DNA of 64,000 nt, taken from assembly GCA_951406725.2 (NCBI GenBank), contig OX597831.1:57412001-57476000 (forward strand). The letters run 5' to 3'. Numbering within the stretch: position 1 is the first letter of the stretch; each line of letters begins with the position of its first letter. The DNA comes from Octopus vulgaris (Eukaryota). Positions 1-12,929 of this stretch are shown here, piece by piece. The position numbers and the translations under genes are program-made. The notes beneath the pieces are model-generated. The model saw nothing but the letters and a program-made list of their open reading frames with translations, made no database searches and was not told the origin of the DNA.

Positions 1-249
1 GTGTGTATGTATATATGTATGAATGTATGTATGTATGTATGTATGTATGTATGAATGAATGAATGTATGTATGTATGTATGTATGTATGTATGCATGCAT
101 GTATGTATGTATCTATGTATGAATGATTGAATGTATGTATGTATGTATGAATGATTGAATGTATGTATGTATGTATGAATGTATGTATGTATGTATATAT
201 GTATGTATGTATGAATGAATGTATGTATGTATGTATGTTTGTATGTATG

Positions 250-280
<31 letters not shown>

Positions 281-300
281 ATATGTATGTATGTATGTAT
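1..300. repeat. Degenerate (TATG)n microsatellite
   Basis: Tandem TATG/AATG units read directly. Confidence 0.95.
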
Positions 301-301
301 A

Positions 302-490
302 CTCTTTTACGCTTTTACTTGTTTCAGTCATTTGACTGCGGCCATGTTGGAGCACCGCCTTTAGTCGACCAAATCGACCGCAGGACTTATTCTTTGTAAG
401 CCTAGTACTTATTCAATCGGGCTCTTTGGCCGAACCGCTAAGTTAAGGGGACGTAAACACACCAGCATCGGTTGTCAAGCGATGTTGGGA
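302..490 (-). mobile_element. tRNA-derived SINE, family A, 3' half
   Basis: Matches the ...cagtcatttgactgcggccatgctggagcaccgcc...gacgtaaacacaccagcatcggttgtcaagcg block of the full copy at 2710-3120. Confidence 0.85.
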
Positions 491-794
491 GACATATACA
501 GACACACAGATATATACAGTAGCTATTAAATATATAAATCAGATCAAATAAAAAATAAACCAAAACGGACATTTTCACCTAAAGAACTATAAAAAATAAA
601 AACAAACTAAACGTAACAGACTGGAATTAGTAAATATATAAATCAATTAAATGTGGACTAAATAACTAAAAGGATAAAATATCTCCATTTAAACATAAAT
701 TACTTGGCACATGAACGAAAAAAAATGCTTCCATAAAATGTAAAATCGAATAAACCTTTACTGAGCTGCAGCTATTAAATATATATTCATTTAT

Positions 795-1990
795 TCTTTT
801 ACTTGCTCAGTCATTAGACTGCGGCCATGCTGGGGCACCAGATTGAAGAATTTTAGTCGAATGAATCGACCCCAGTACTTCTTAACATTTTATCGGTATC
901 TTTTGTCGAACCGCTGATTTATGGGAATGTAAGCACATCAACACAAGTTCTCAAGCGCTACTGGGGTCAAACACAAATACACACACACATACATACATGA
1001 TGGTGATGGCCGTCCACTCGTGACCGAGGAAGACCATTGCCGACCTTCAGGAACATTGTGCGCTCTAGGACTAACTTATATTTTGCATTTGCGGCTCCGT
1101 TGGTGGCTAATGAGCCCTGCTCTTGACAAGCATACACGACTGCAAACATTGCAGACCAAGCTTTCCCCATTCACTATACGAGCCGTGCGCTTTCGCGCAG
1201 CTCGCTTAAGTTTTTCATGCTGGATACGTGCTCTCTCAAAAGTGTCGATCCCCTCCCTAACCTGCTTCCTCCATCTGTGGCGATGACAGGCATTGTTCTC
1301 CCAGTCAGTGTCCTGCATATCACAGGCTTTTAATGAGAACTTGACACAGTCCTTAAATCGCAGCCTTGGTTTCTGCCGGAGTCTCCTTCCACTCACAAGT
1401 TCTCCATAGAGCATCTGCTTGGGAATCCTTTTATCCTTCATTCTAATAAGGTGTCCAGTCCAACGCAACCGGTGCCTGTGCGCCATCGCCTCAATACTCA
1501 AGATATCAGCTGTCCTCAGGACCTGTGTGTCTGGAATTTTTGAGGTCCAGACAACATTGAGAATGTGTCTGAGACATCTCTGATGAAAACGTTCAAGGAT
1601 CCTTACCTGACGTTTGTACAGAGTCCATGTCTCACATGAGTAGAGAAGCGACGTCAGTACACAAGCACGGTACACAGCAACTTTTGTTCTCCTATCTTTA
1701 GTCGAACTGCTGATTTATGGGGATGTAAGCACACCAACACAGGTTCTCAAGCGCTACTGGGGTCAAACACAAATACACACACACATACATACATACATAC
1801 ATACATACATACATACATACATACATACATACATACATACATACATACATACATACATACATACGACAGGCTTTCAGTTTCCGTCTACTAAACCCATAAG
1901 AAGGCTTTGGTCGGCCCAAGGCTATAGCAGAAGACACTTGCTCAAGGTACCACGCAGCAAGAGTGAACTCGGGACTATGTGGTTGGGAAA
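795..1990 (-). mobile_element. Family A SINE split by an RTE insertion
   Basis: SINE 3' part at 795-998; 5' part (aaggctttggtcggccc...gaagacacttgctcaagg) resumes at 1693-1990. Confidence 0.8.
999..1692 (-). mobile_element. 5'-truncated RTE-clade LINE (ORF C-terminus and 3' tail)
   Basis: ORF 1076-1675: LLYSCETW, FHQRCLRHIL, RLRWTGH, RIPKQMLYGEL, terminal CxxC...H zinc finger; short CAT-repeat tail. Confidence 0.9.
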
Positions 1991-2030
1991 CAAAGTTTTT
2001 ACCACAAAATAAGCCAAAACGGACATTACC

Positions 2031-2099
<69 letters not shown>

Positions 2100-2184
2100 C
2101 ATACATACATACATACATACATACATACATACATACATACATACATACATACACACATATATATATAAATATGTATATATATAA

Positions 2185-2540
2185 CATGATTAAGAACGAA
2201 CTAAAGACACCGAAGCGAAGTTACTAAACTTACGAATCAAATACAGAAAATATAACAAAAATAACTTCTTTTTCGATAACACAGCTTCCCACGTAAATGT
2301 TGAGAAGAAAGCTCTCACGTAGCAACAGATCAAGAAGAACCAAAAAACATACACTACATAAGTTACAAAATTGAAATTGCAAGCAATTGATTTTTTTAAT
2401 ACATTATCATCAGCCCCCAAGCAACAATTAAAAGTTTTAATCAACAGCTTATTTAGGTGATCATATTCTTCTATACGCTTCATAAATCGTTTGGCTTTAT
2501 CAATAAATAGATTTACTTCTTTTAACATTACTGGAGAACA
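2185..2540 (-). mobile_element. Probable Penelope-like element C-terminal/terminal-repeat remnant
   Basis: Short ORF (FIDKAKRFMKRI...LLIKTFN) loosely resembles the region after the PLE RT; sits between microsatellites. Confidence 0.35.
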
Positions 2541-2709
2541 TGATATACCCTATGTGTGTGTATGTCACTATTCAGTTTTATTTCAAGCTTTCGTGCCAAT
2601 AAAGAGCCGGTTTCTAACCTAGATCCAAGGCTCCTTCATTGGAATTTCAAGAACAACAAGGTAGTTTGGGATGTATGTGTGTATATGTGCAGTATTTGGA
2701 GTCGGTGCA

Positions 2710-3120
2710 TACTCTTACTCTTACTCTTACTCTTTTACTCTTTATTTGTTTCAGTCATTTGACTGCGACCGTGCTGGAGCACAGCCTTTAGTCGAGCAAA
2801 TCGACCCCAGGACTTATTCTTTGTAAGCCTAGTACTTACTCTATCGGTCTCTTTTGCTGAACCGCTAAGTTACGGGGACGTAAACACACCAGCATCGGTT
2901 GTCAAGCGATGTGTGGGGGGGGACAAATACAGACACACAAACACATACAATATACATATATACGCCGGGCTTCTTTCAGTTTCCGACTACCAAATCCACT
3001 CACAAGGCTTTGGTCGGCCCCAGGCTATAGTAGAAGACACTTGCCCAAGGTGCCACGCGGCGGGACTGAACCCGGAGCCATGTGGTTGGTAAGCAAGCTA
3101 CTTACCACACAGCCACACCT
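2710..3120 (-). mobile_element. Full-length family A SINE (tRNA head, CORE-like block)
   Basis: Minus strand: A-box tggctgtgtggt, B-box-like gggttcagtccc, then ccttgggcaagtgtctt, and a (gagtaa)n tail. Confidence 0.9.
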
Positions 3121-3266
3121 GAGCAAATTTGTGTGTTTTGTTTCATGTATGTATTCTCATGCCTATAGTTGCATTCTAGATATGCTCATATATACTTAAA
3201 TAATAAACTTCTGGAAAGTTTTACAGATTTTTGCAGTTCCAGTGATGGTTTGGAGCTGTTTTTATC

Positions 3267-3335
<69 letters not shown>

Positions 3336-3361
3336 TATTGCTATCATCATCATCATCATTA

Positions 3362-3565
3362 AGGCGGCGAGCTGGCAGTACCGAGCAAAATGCTTAGCAG
3401 TAGTCGCCCGTCTTTACGGTCTGAGTTCAAATCCCGCCGAGGTCCACTCTGCCTTTCGTCCTTTCGGAGTCGATAAAATAAGTACCAGTTGAGTACTGGG
3501 GGGTCAATGTAATTGGCTTAACCCCTCCCACCAAGATTTGGGCCTTGTACCTATAGTAGAAAGGA
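3362..3565 (+). mobile_element. tRNA-derived SINE, family B
   Basis: ggcggcgagctggcag head, gagttcaaatccc B-box, gcctttc..cctttcggggtcgataaa..agtacc central block. Confidence 0.85.
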
Positions 3566-3600
3566 TTATTATTATTATTGTTGTTGTTGTTGTTGTTGTT

Positions 3601-4550
3601 ATTTTATGTTTGACTTTTGCTTTGCATTTGTACAAGTTGGCTCCAAGTCTCTCTCAGAGACCTCAAGAGACAACAAGTTAGAAGTTCATGTTTGTGCTAT
3701 ACCGAGAGTGTCCTATATTTGGTTTTGTACATAGTATTGTTCTAGAGAATGTTTAAGAGAACATAAGAAAATTATGAGTTTCTTTTAAAATTTGATATTA
3801 CATAGTATTTTACGTAGGATATGGGCAGTTCCCGTGAGCACTATCCTTTGAATTTCTGCCATTTTGGGGTTTCCTGGTATCTGAGCTAGGTAGCAATCAG
3901 CCCCGTTTGCTATCATTCCTTGGGCACCTATAACAACAGGTATTGTTTTAGTCTTCAGGTTCAACATTTTGCCTATTTCTATTTCAAGATCTTTATACTT
4001 GCTCAGTTTTTGGTAGGCCTTGACAGATACGTTTATATCGATTGGGACAGTCATATCAATGAGGAGGCATGATTTTTGTCTGAAGTCTTTCAATATAATG
4101 TCTGGCCTATTTCCAATATATCTTTCTGTCAGTTTGAATGGGGAAGTTCCAGAGGAGTGAGATGTGGTCATTTTCAAGCACTGGAGGTGGTTTGGGTTCC
4201 CACCACTTTTTATCATGGGGCAGGTCCAGGTTTTTGCAAATTACCCAGTGAATATATTGTGCAGCTCTATCATGCCTGTTGAGATACTCTGTAGGCGCAA
4301 GAAGACTGCACATGCAGACATGATCAATGGTTTCATTTTGTTGTTGACATACACGACATGTTAGGAAGCTACCGTTTTTAATATGTTGGCCTGGTAGCTT
4401 CTTGTAGGTAGGCATTGATCTTGTGCTATTATGATAAACCCTTCTGTTTCTGATTTTAAGCTAGAAGCCATTAACCATTGATGGATAAGGGCTTTGTCAA
4501 AATCGGCATTATTAGCTCTCTTTGGGTATTTGCCATTGAGAGGTTTTTCT
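3601..4550 (-). mobile_element. R4/Dong-type (RLE) non-LTR retrotransposon, 3' fragment, frameshifted
   Basis: ETEGFII-AQDQ, CRVC...ETIDHV..C zinc knuckle, RHD and PDI..ID restriction-like endonuclease motifs across ORFs 4361, 4107 and 3785; flanked by (TTA)n arrays. Confidence 0.85.
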
Positions 4551-4645
4551 TTATTATTATTATTATCATTATTATTATTGTTATTATTATTACTATTATT
4601 ATTATAATTATAATTATTATTATTATTATTATTATTATAATTATA

Positions 4646-4737
<92 letters not shown>
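4551..4737. repeat. (TTA)n microsatellite
   Basis: Direct reading. Confidence 0.95.
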
Positions 4738-4738
4738 C

Positions 4739-4925
4739 AAGGCGTCGAGCTGGCAAAATCGTTAGCACGCTGTACGAAATAGTTAGCGGTATTTCGTCCG
4801 TCGTTATATTCTGAGTTCGAATTCCGCCGAGATCGACTTTACCTTTCATCGTATCGGGGTCGATAAATTAAGTACCAGTGAAACACAGGTCGGTGTAATC
4901 GACTGATCCCTTCCTCCAAAATTGC
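4739..4925 (+). mobile_element. Family B SINE
   Basis: Same head, B-box and central block as 3362-3565. Confidence 0.85.
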
Positions 4926-5224
4926 AGGCATTTATCATTATTTTTTTTTTTTCAGATTCCAGATACATTTTGCCAATGACGTGTCGTTTGTTCTGGGTGG
5001 ATGAATGCATATATCATCTTTGAAAAGTATTGATTATTCTGCTACAATTCTTACACAATGAAACGAAATAACTTTCGCGGAATATGCTAATATCCTGTTG
5101 ATGCATTTTCTCTTGAAGAAGCAAAAAGTAGTATTATTACAATTCCATAGAGATCAAAGTCTAAACTTCTTCATTGTTGGATAGTGTGGTGGTGCTCGTG
5201 TTTATAAGTTTTGTATGTTCTTTT

Positions 5225-5598
5225 TCTTTTATTTGTTTCAGTCATTTGACTGCAGCCATGCTGGAGCACCGCCTTTAGTCAATCAAATCAACCGCAGGAC
5301 TTGTTCTTCGGAAGCCTAGTACTTATTCTATCGGTCTCTCTTGCCGAACCGCTAAGTGACGGGGACGTAAAAACACTAGCATCGGTTGTGAAGCGATGCT
5401 GGGGGAACAAACACAGACACACAAACATATACATACATACATATACAACGGGCTTCTTTCAGTTTCCATCTACCAAATCCACTCACAAGGCTTTGGTCGG
5501 CATGAGGCTATAGTAGAAGACACTTGCCCAAGGTGCCACGCAGCGGGACTGAACCCAGAACCATGCGGTTGGTAAGCAAGCTACTTACTACACAGCCA
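5225..5598 (-). mobile_element. Family A SINE
   Basis: Colinear with 2710-3120. Confidence 0.9.
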
Positions 5599-5808
5599 GT
5601 CACATTTCTTAATTTACCTTTGATATCAAAATGGTGAAGGCACGTGACCTAGTCATTGCAGTCAAGATTGTAGTTTCGATTCCTGAAACAGTTGGGTTCT
5701 TGAGCAAAATACTTCATTCCTTGTTACTCCAGTTTTTCAGCTTAACTGGGTAACCCTGCAACGGACTGGCGTCCTGGTCAGGTATTATGTTGTGATCTTG
5801 GTTACTTA

Positions 5809-6703
5809 CGAGGTGATATCAAAAAGTTCCCGAACTAGTTATGTTTTATAAAAAAAAACATAGCTTATTTACCTAAGTTTTAGCATGGTCTCCTTCGAAA
5901 TAATCCCCTTGCGCAGCAATAGACCGATTCCAGTGTTCCTGCTGCTTTTGGCATCCAGCCTGGAAGTCGTTTTCCGTAAGCAAGTCGATCACCTTCTGCG
6001 ATTCGATCTGAATCTCAACGACGGTGTTAAAACGGTGACCTTTGAGTTTGCCTTTTCCTCTTGGAGTACGCAGGTGCTAAATCTGGCGAATAAGATGGGT
6101 GCGGAAGCGATACCATGTTGTTTTTAGCGAGAAACCCACGAGTGAGGAGAACTCGGTGACAAAGTGCATTGCATTGTTGTCGTGAAGAATCCAATTCTTC
6201 GCGCTCCACAGATCCAGCCGTTTTCGCTGAATGTCCTCCCTCAAAAGCTTCGAAACATCGCAGTAGAACTCTCGATTGGTGGCTTGACCCTGGGGGACCG
6301 AATTCTCGATAGACAATACCACAGATATCGAAAAAACGACGAGCATGCTCTTGATTGAGCAGCGGCTCTGCCAAGCGCCCGTGCCACTTGAAACATTGCG
6401 TCCAACCCATTGCCTAGTCGCCGTGAGTTTGCCGATGCATGCGCAATATCTCTAAAACAGACTTCCCAAGTTTAACGCAGAATTTCACGTTGGCTCTTTG
6501 TTCCAAAGTCGTGCCCGTAACAAAAATCGCACGTAACCTCAAAACACAAATTTCATAACTTGCAAAATAAACACAGTGCAGTGATGTCACTCGGCACACT
6601 GCCTCATGAAGGTCACTTCTAGCTCTTACTGCGCATGTAACCATGTGCTGTCACCTGTTGGGGCGCTATAGAACTAGTCCGGGAATTTTTTGATACCACA
6701 TCG
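5809..6703 (-). mobile_element. Internally deleted mariner transposon inserted in a SINE
   Basis: TIRs cgaggtgatatcaaaaagttcccgaactag / ctagtccgggaattttttgataccacatcg, TA on both sides; EQRANVKFCVKLGKS, LHDNN and HPSYSPDLAP motifs. Confidence 0.9.
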
Positions 6704-6825
6704 TATATGCCATAGAAACCGGCACTATGAGTCCTAGACCTCAAGACAATAATGTCCTGGGGATGATGATTAAAATGGCAAGCTTTTGGTGTGCCTATAA
6801 TTAAATTTTACTCTAATTTTACAAT

Positions 6826-7115
6826 GGAGGCGCAATGGCCCAGTGGTTAAGGCAGCGGACTCGCGGTTTCGATTCCCAGATTGAGCGTTGTGTGTGTTTA
6901 TTGAGCGAAAACACCTAGAGCTCTACGAGTCTCTGGCAGGGGTGGTGGCGACCCCTGTTGTACTCTTTCGCCCCAACTTTCTCTCACTCTTTCTTCCTGT
7001 TTCTTGAGTAACGCTGCGATGGACTGGCGTCCCGTCCAGCTGGAGGGAACACATACACCACAGAAACCGGGAAACCGGGTCCATGAGCCTGGCTAGGCTT
7101 GAGAAGGGCGTCTAA
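6826..7115 (+). mobile_element. tRNA-derived SINE, family C
   Basis: ggaggcgcaatggcccagtggtt A-box, ggtttcgattccc B-box; homologous to 40726 and 43405. Confidence 0.85.
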
Positions 7116-7225
7116 ATAAAATAATATTTTTACAAAAGAGCTTCTTGTATCTGTGAGGGCGAGAAAAACTCTTATATATTAGGTGTAGAAAATATTTTAC
7201 TGTTTAGAAAAGATATTTAAGATGT

Positions 7226-7378
7226 GTGTGGTAAGAAGCTTGCTTCCCAATCTCAAGATCTTGGGTTCAGTTCCACAGTGTGGCGCCTTGGGCAAGTGTT
7301 TTGTACTATAGATTCGGGCCGACCAAAGCCTTGTGAGTGGATTTGGTAGACGGGAACTCAAATAAGTTCGTCGTGTAC

Positions 7379-7409
<31 letters not shown>

Positions 7410-7775
7410 TGTATGTATGTATGTATGTATGTATGTATGTATGTATGTATGTATGTATGTATGTATGTATGTATGTATGTATGTATGTATGTATGTATGT
7501 ATGTATGTATGTATGTATGTATGTATGTATGTATGTATGTATGTATGTGTGAGTATATTTGTATGTATGTGTGTGTGTTTCTACTGTGTCCCCTATCACC
7601 GTTTGACAACCGATGTTGGAGTGTTTACGTCCCTGTAATCTTGCGATTCGGCAAAAGAGACCGATAGAATAAGTACCACGGTTTAAAAGAAAAATAAGTA
7701 CTTGAGCCGATTTGCTCAACTGAAAATTCTTCAAAGTAGTGCTCCAGCATGGCTGCAGTCTAATGACTAAACAAG
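7226..7775 (+). mobile_element. Family A SINE with expanded internal (TATG)n
   Basis: Reverse complement of 2710-3120 with a ~170-bp TATG tract at the internal microsatellite. Confidence 0.85.
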
Positions 7776-7790
7776 TTTTAAAAAAAAACT

Positions 7791-7967
7791 AAGTAGAGGC
7801 TTAAAATGAGCAAGTATAAAGGTCTTGAAATAGAAATTGGCATAGTGTGGAACCTGAAGACTAAAACAATACCTGTTGTCATAGGTGCCCAAGGAATGAT
7901 AGTAAACGGGGCTGATTGCTACCTCGCTCAGATACCAGGAAACCCCAAAATGGCAGAAATTCAAAAG
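7791..7967 (+). mobile_element. R4/Dong-type LINE 3' fragment
   Basis: Reverse-complement match to ~3845-4010 (SKYK.LEIE...IPVVIGA.G). Confidence 0.85.
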
Positions 7968-9053
7968 ACTACAGTATAGTTAAAGCGGTAAATAATAGCG
8001 TGTGAATATTGGATTTAAAAAAAGAACCTTTGATAGAAAAAGTCGAAACCTTCGAGGATTTTTTAACCAACGATTTACAAGTTATTATTTATAGCTCTAT
8101 CTACTTCGAGTTCCACAAGTAAAAACGATTTATTTCACGTCTCTCAAAGTTTCTAAATTCATGTGACGTAAACTATAACTAATGCTTTACATGTATAATA
8201 TTTCATCTTTAATACTAAAACATTATAATGCAAGAATAGATGTTGGAAATCCACCTAATTATGTTACTGACTTGGTTTTAATTACTACGTAAGAGGTTAC
8301 TAGAAAGCTTACGTAAGAAAATTTTTGATCTATTTTTGCCTTTTCCTTTGGTAGATATTTGCCCCTATTTAGAATGAAAGTGATATCTGGGAAATTAACA
8401 ATCTTAATATTAGTATAAACTGTTATTTTAAACCTGAGTTTTTAAAAGGTTAAGCCTTTTCTAAATCTGTTTATTCGAATCACGTCATTCATTAGAAAGA
8501 CGTGATGTGATTAAATTAACGTTTCTATACAGGCCTGAATTTAAATGAATAAATTTTACTCAGCAATAAATCTAATAAATGTGTGTCTGTACCCATATAT
8601 TTGTATATATATGTGTATGAATATATAAGTGTGTATATGTGTGTGTGTGTGTGTGGTGTGTGTGTGTGTGTGTAAATTTGTATGTATATATCTCAGTACG
8701 TGTAAAATTTATTAGTAATTTTCTTTTATGTAGATTTAATTCATCATATTGAATACCATATGGCTTATTATACAATACAAACATTTCTCTGTCCCTGTAC
8801 GTATGTGTGTGTGTTTCCTTACATATATTTTGCCACTGTGTTTATATCTCTTTATTCAATGACGTGTACGTTTTTCCTAGTATTTTATCGCACATTTTAA
8901 ATTATTTTTATGTATTGTATTGAGTTTTTGTGTTCTATATGTGAATATGACCCCTGTGAAGGCATCTGCACATATATAGGCAAGCCTCGGCAAGATCATT
9001 TTAGGGAAGCTGGCAGCTGTCCAAGTATACATTTCTCCTAACTCTATGACACC

Positions 9054-9282
9054 CAGGTCCGGCGCTAAGAAGTGCAGGGCTCAGAGAATTTTTGGTGGGT
9101 CTCTCTACCCAATAAAAGCTGAACATTAATGTTTTATGCTTCGTGTAGTACGCCACCATTAGCCACAATGATATGCTAAAAAATTCACATAGAATTTTCC
9201 GCTTGAACGAGTGTGCAGGGCCATTTTTTGGCAGGGGGCCCAGTATGGACAAATCTGTCTAATTGGCTTAAAACCGGCCCTG
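9054..9282. mobile_element. hAT-type MITE
   Basis: Imperfect TIRs caggtccggcgctaag / cttaaaaccggccctg; 8-bp TSD atgacacc/ctgacacc (7/8). Confidence 0.75.
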
Positions 9283-9809
9283 CTGACACCAAGACTTATC
9301 ATCCACTTTAAGAAGGGTTTGACCGAATACTGCAAGGGATCTTGTTCGACTTGCTAACAGTTCAGCCATCCGAAACGATAAAAAGACGAAGTTGACTTCG
9401 ACGAGATTTGAACTTAGAGAGCAAATGATCATATTTGATTAAAAAAAAAGAAATTTAAAAATAGTTTTGTTGTTTTTATAAAATCTCAGAAAATAATTAA
9501 AAATTCACATTTTTTATCAAATTATTTTGTTATATTTGTCTATCTATCCAACTGTAAACATTTTAAACATTTCACTAACTTTCGTGAAATATTTTGTGAA
9601 ACATCCCACCCAACGTTCTAACGACACTGTCAGTTCACCGATTTATGTGTGGTTTAGTATGCAACTTAATTAAGCCCTTCTCTCCCTGTGGAGCATAGGC
9701 TATCGACGACTTTTCTCCACTCTTCTCCACTGTGGACACTCTTTTAAGGTTTTCCTCTCCCATGACATGTCCATTTTGAATTGTCTTTGATGATCCTTTA
9801 ATTTTTATC

Positions 9810-10145
9810 TTTCATTTGCTTTAGTCATTATACTGTGGTCATGCTGAGACACCGCCTTGAAGAATTTGTTGTCAAATGAATAAACTCCAGGATTTATTGT
9901 TTTATTTTGTGAAGCCGGTCTTTTTTGCGAAACCGCTTAGTTACAAGAACGTAAACACACTAAAATCAGTTATCAAGCGGTACTAGGGGACAAACATACA
10001 CACACACACACACACATATACGACGGGCTTCAACCAAATCCACTCACAAGGCTTTGGTCGGCCTGGGGCTATAATAGAAGACACTTGCCCAAGGACTGAG
10101 CCCAGAACCATGTGTTTGGGGAGCAAGCTCCTTACCATACTGCCG
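9810..10145 (-). mobile_element. Diverged family A SINE
   Basis: Shares ccactcacaaggctttggtcggcc...gaagacacttgcccaagg. Confidence 0.8.
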
Positions 10146-10190
10146 CGCTTGCTTCTGTGTCTTTGGTTGCTGTTTTTTTTTTTTTTGTAG

Positions 10191-10380
10191 GTAGATGTTT
10201 TTACCCTATGCAAACCCATTAATCTGGCTTCTGTTCTTTTACTTGTTCAGCACAGGAGGCACAAGAGCTTGCGCCCCGTTCTCACAGTTCTTAATGTCAT
10301 TGAGATACACAAATCACCACACCGCAACAAGGAATGGACCTTGTACTGGGATGTGCTATGTGAAATGCGATGTATTATAA
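10191..10380 (+). other. Candidate exon in unique-looking sequence
   Basis: Poly-T tract plus tag acceptor at 10190; gtgaga donor at 10381; two frames open. Confidence 0.35.
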
Positions 10381-10399
10381 GTGAGATATTACTATTGCA

Positions 10400-10800
10400 G
10401 GATCGTTAGCACGCCGGGCAAAATTCTTAGCGGAATTTCGTCCGTCCTTACATTCTGAGTTCAAATTCCGCCGAGGTCGACTTTGCCTTCCATTCTCTCG
10501 GGATCCATAAATTAAGTACCAGTTGAGAACTGGGATCGTTCTAATCGACTTGGCCTCACTCCCTAAACTGCTGGCCTTGAACCAAAATTTGAAACTGTAT
10601 TACTTCATGCTGTTTTATAATATTGATTTCAAATTTTGGTTCAACGTCAGTAATTCCAAGAGCAGGCCGTTAAGTCGATCACATCGATCCCAGTGCTCAA
10701 ATAATACTTATTTTACCGAACCCAAGTCGAGCTCAGAACATAAAGACGGACGGATCGTTGCTAAGCATTTTCCCACTACGGCAACGGTTTTGCCAGCCCT
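10400..10800. mobile_element. Two family B SINEs in opposite orientation
   Basis: 10400-10595 (+) with B-box and central block; ~10660-10800 (-) degraded. Confidence 0.7.
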
Positions 10801-12538
10801 CTGACTTACGTACAAGTTTATACTAAGCGCACATCATGTTGTAGGTATTTTTAGATTTTCATATTCGATTTTCAATTTTTCATATATTATGTGGGCATGA
10901 TTCCTGATAGACATACTGTAAATTGCAATATTAGATTTGATTATATTAAATTATATTATTTTTCACCATATACTTTGCTGTATTGCATTTTATTTGTATG
11001 AGCGTTTCATACTGTAATGTCTTTCCATATGTACAGTATCATATTATATTGTAATCTATATGTATATAGATTATATGTATTACATACACATTATAAGTGA
11101 ATTATATGTGTGAGACAAGTGTATATATACTGTATAGGCTATTACTGATATCAGTACATGTTTTGCATAATATATTTAATAGTATATAACATAATTTATA
11201 TAATATTTTTTTAATCTTCTTTTACATATCTTATAGCATTTAGTATAGAATTTTCTGTGTATATATATATATACTAGCAGAGATAACCGCCGTTGCTCGG
11301 TTACATTCAATTGGAGAATTAGACTTTTCTGTTATATCTTCTGTAATGTACTGGAATATCTATGTTTCGAATTTCATCAAAATTACAGATGAGGGTTATT
11401 TCACTCTTTACACACCCTAAAAAATTGTAATCGTGCCACATGTATCCCATAATACTGATTTTTATGCGCATATTCCAAAATTCCAGTCTTATTGAACTTG
11501 TTAAAAAGATTTTGCTCTTGAAAACTGAAGGTCATGGGGATCTAAAATGTGAGAGTTAAGGCCCGTGTTGTGGGTGGACATCTTAATGTCAACCAAAGAA
11601 GTTGAATTGTTGAGAATCTTTTTAACTTGGGTCTTATATCTATTTTTTGAATTTCTTTGAAATAGGAAATATATGTTCACTGGGTTTGGAAAAAAGAGCA
11701 AAGCTACAGGAAACCAAAAGACGAATGATCACAATAAACAGTCAGCTACAGTACCCTAGATGTTACCACTCCCAATGTAGGATTCCTCACCATCCAGGTG
11801 ACAGGCACAGCAGTAAGATGCATTCATTACGAATCTATAGCAATTGGAATGGCGTGACCCAACTGAAATAAACATTAACAACTGTGTGACGTGAGGGCTT
11901 ATGAGAAATTAAAGTGTCACCTCTGGAGTTTGCAAATGACCACTATACTGATACATAACTGGACAGAATGAATTTAAAATCTATAAATGTCTTTGAATAA
12001 CCAGTCACTCATCTGGGAAGGCCATGAAATCAATGTTACCATCTGGGGACTATGTGTGACCAAGTGATAATAAAAAGACTGAAAGGAGGTCTGCAATCAA
12101 ATAACTTTACTCAACACTTTGCAACTGAATCAGTGGAGGCAAAGATGCCTCTCATTTACTTGACAATTTATGCACCACATTGCAGAAATCACAATGTAAG
12201 TGTATGTCAAAGCAAACTCTTACACTGTTGTACCATTGAATTAGAAATAATGCCCAACTTTTATGCTCGGGTAACCCTACATCTTCCAAGAGCACAACTG
12301 TATTTGTTTTTGCTTAGATAAAATGACAACACAGTTGGTGTTAAGTCCCCATGGAGGGGTCTTTCTAACTTTGCAAGAAGATGAAATTTTATAAATATTA
12401 CTTCATTTGTGTCTAATATCTATGGTTAAATTTTCATCAACAGCAAAAAATATATGAATTGTCATGGGGGTTATGGCCCTTATGCTTAGAATATAATTTC
12501 CAAATTTCATAAAGATCTATTCATATATATATATATAT

Positions 12539-12633
<95 letters not shown>

Positions 12634-12929
12634 TAGATATAGATACACACACACACATACAAAGATAAATTGATAGATACAACTGAGTGGGCAAACAAAA
12701 ATAGGAGACACAGCCTAGTGCTTTTTTATGTTGATAAGCCTAGTACTTATTCTATTAGTTTGTTCTTGTGAAACCAGTAAGTTATGTGGATGTAAATAAA
12801 TGAACAGCAGTTGTGAAGCAGTGATGAGGGCGAAACACACAGACAAAGACACACACATACACTTACATATATGCATACATATATATACGATTGATTTGTT
12901 ACAGTTCTTGTCTACGAAATCCATATATA

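Noticed and set aside
521-785. 16-bp direct repeat agctattaaatatata bracketing an A-rich insert
   Set aside because: Plausible TSD or partial terminal repeat, but low complexity and the insert is unassignable
4957-5170. Coding exon after a poly-T cag acceptor
   Set aside because: All three frames stop early and no convincing donor follows; a non-coding exon cannot be excluded
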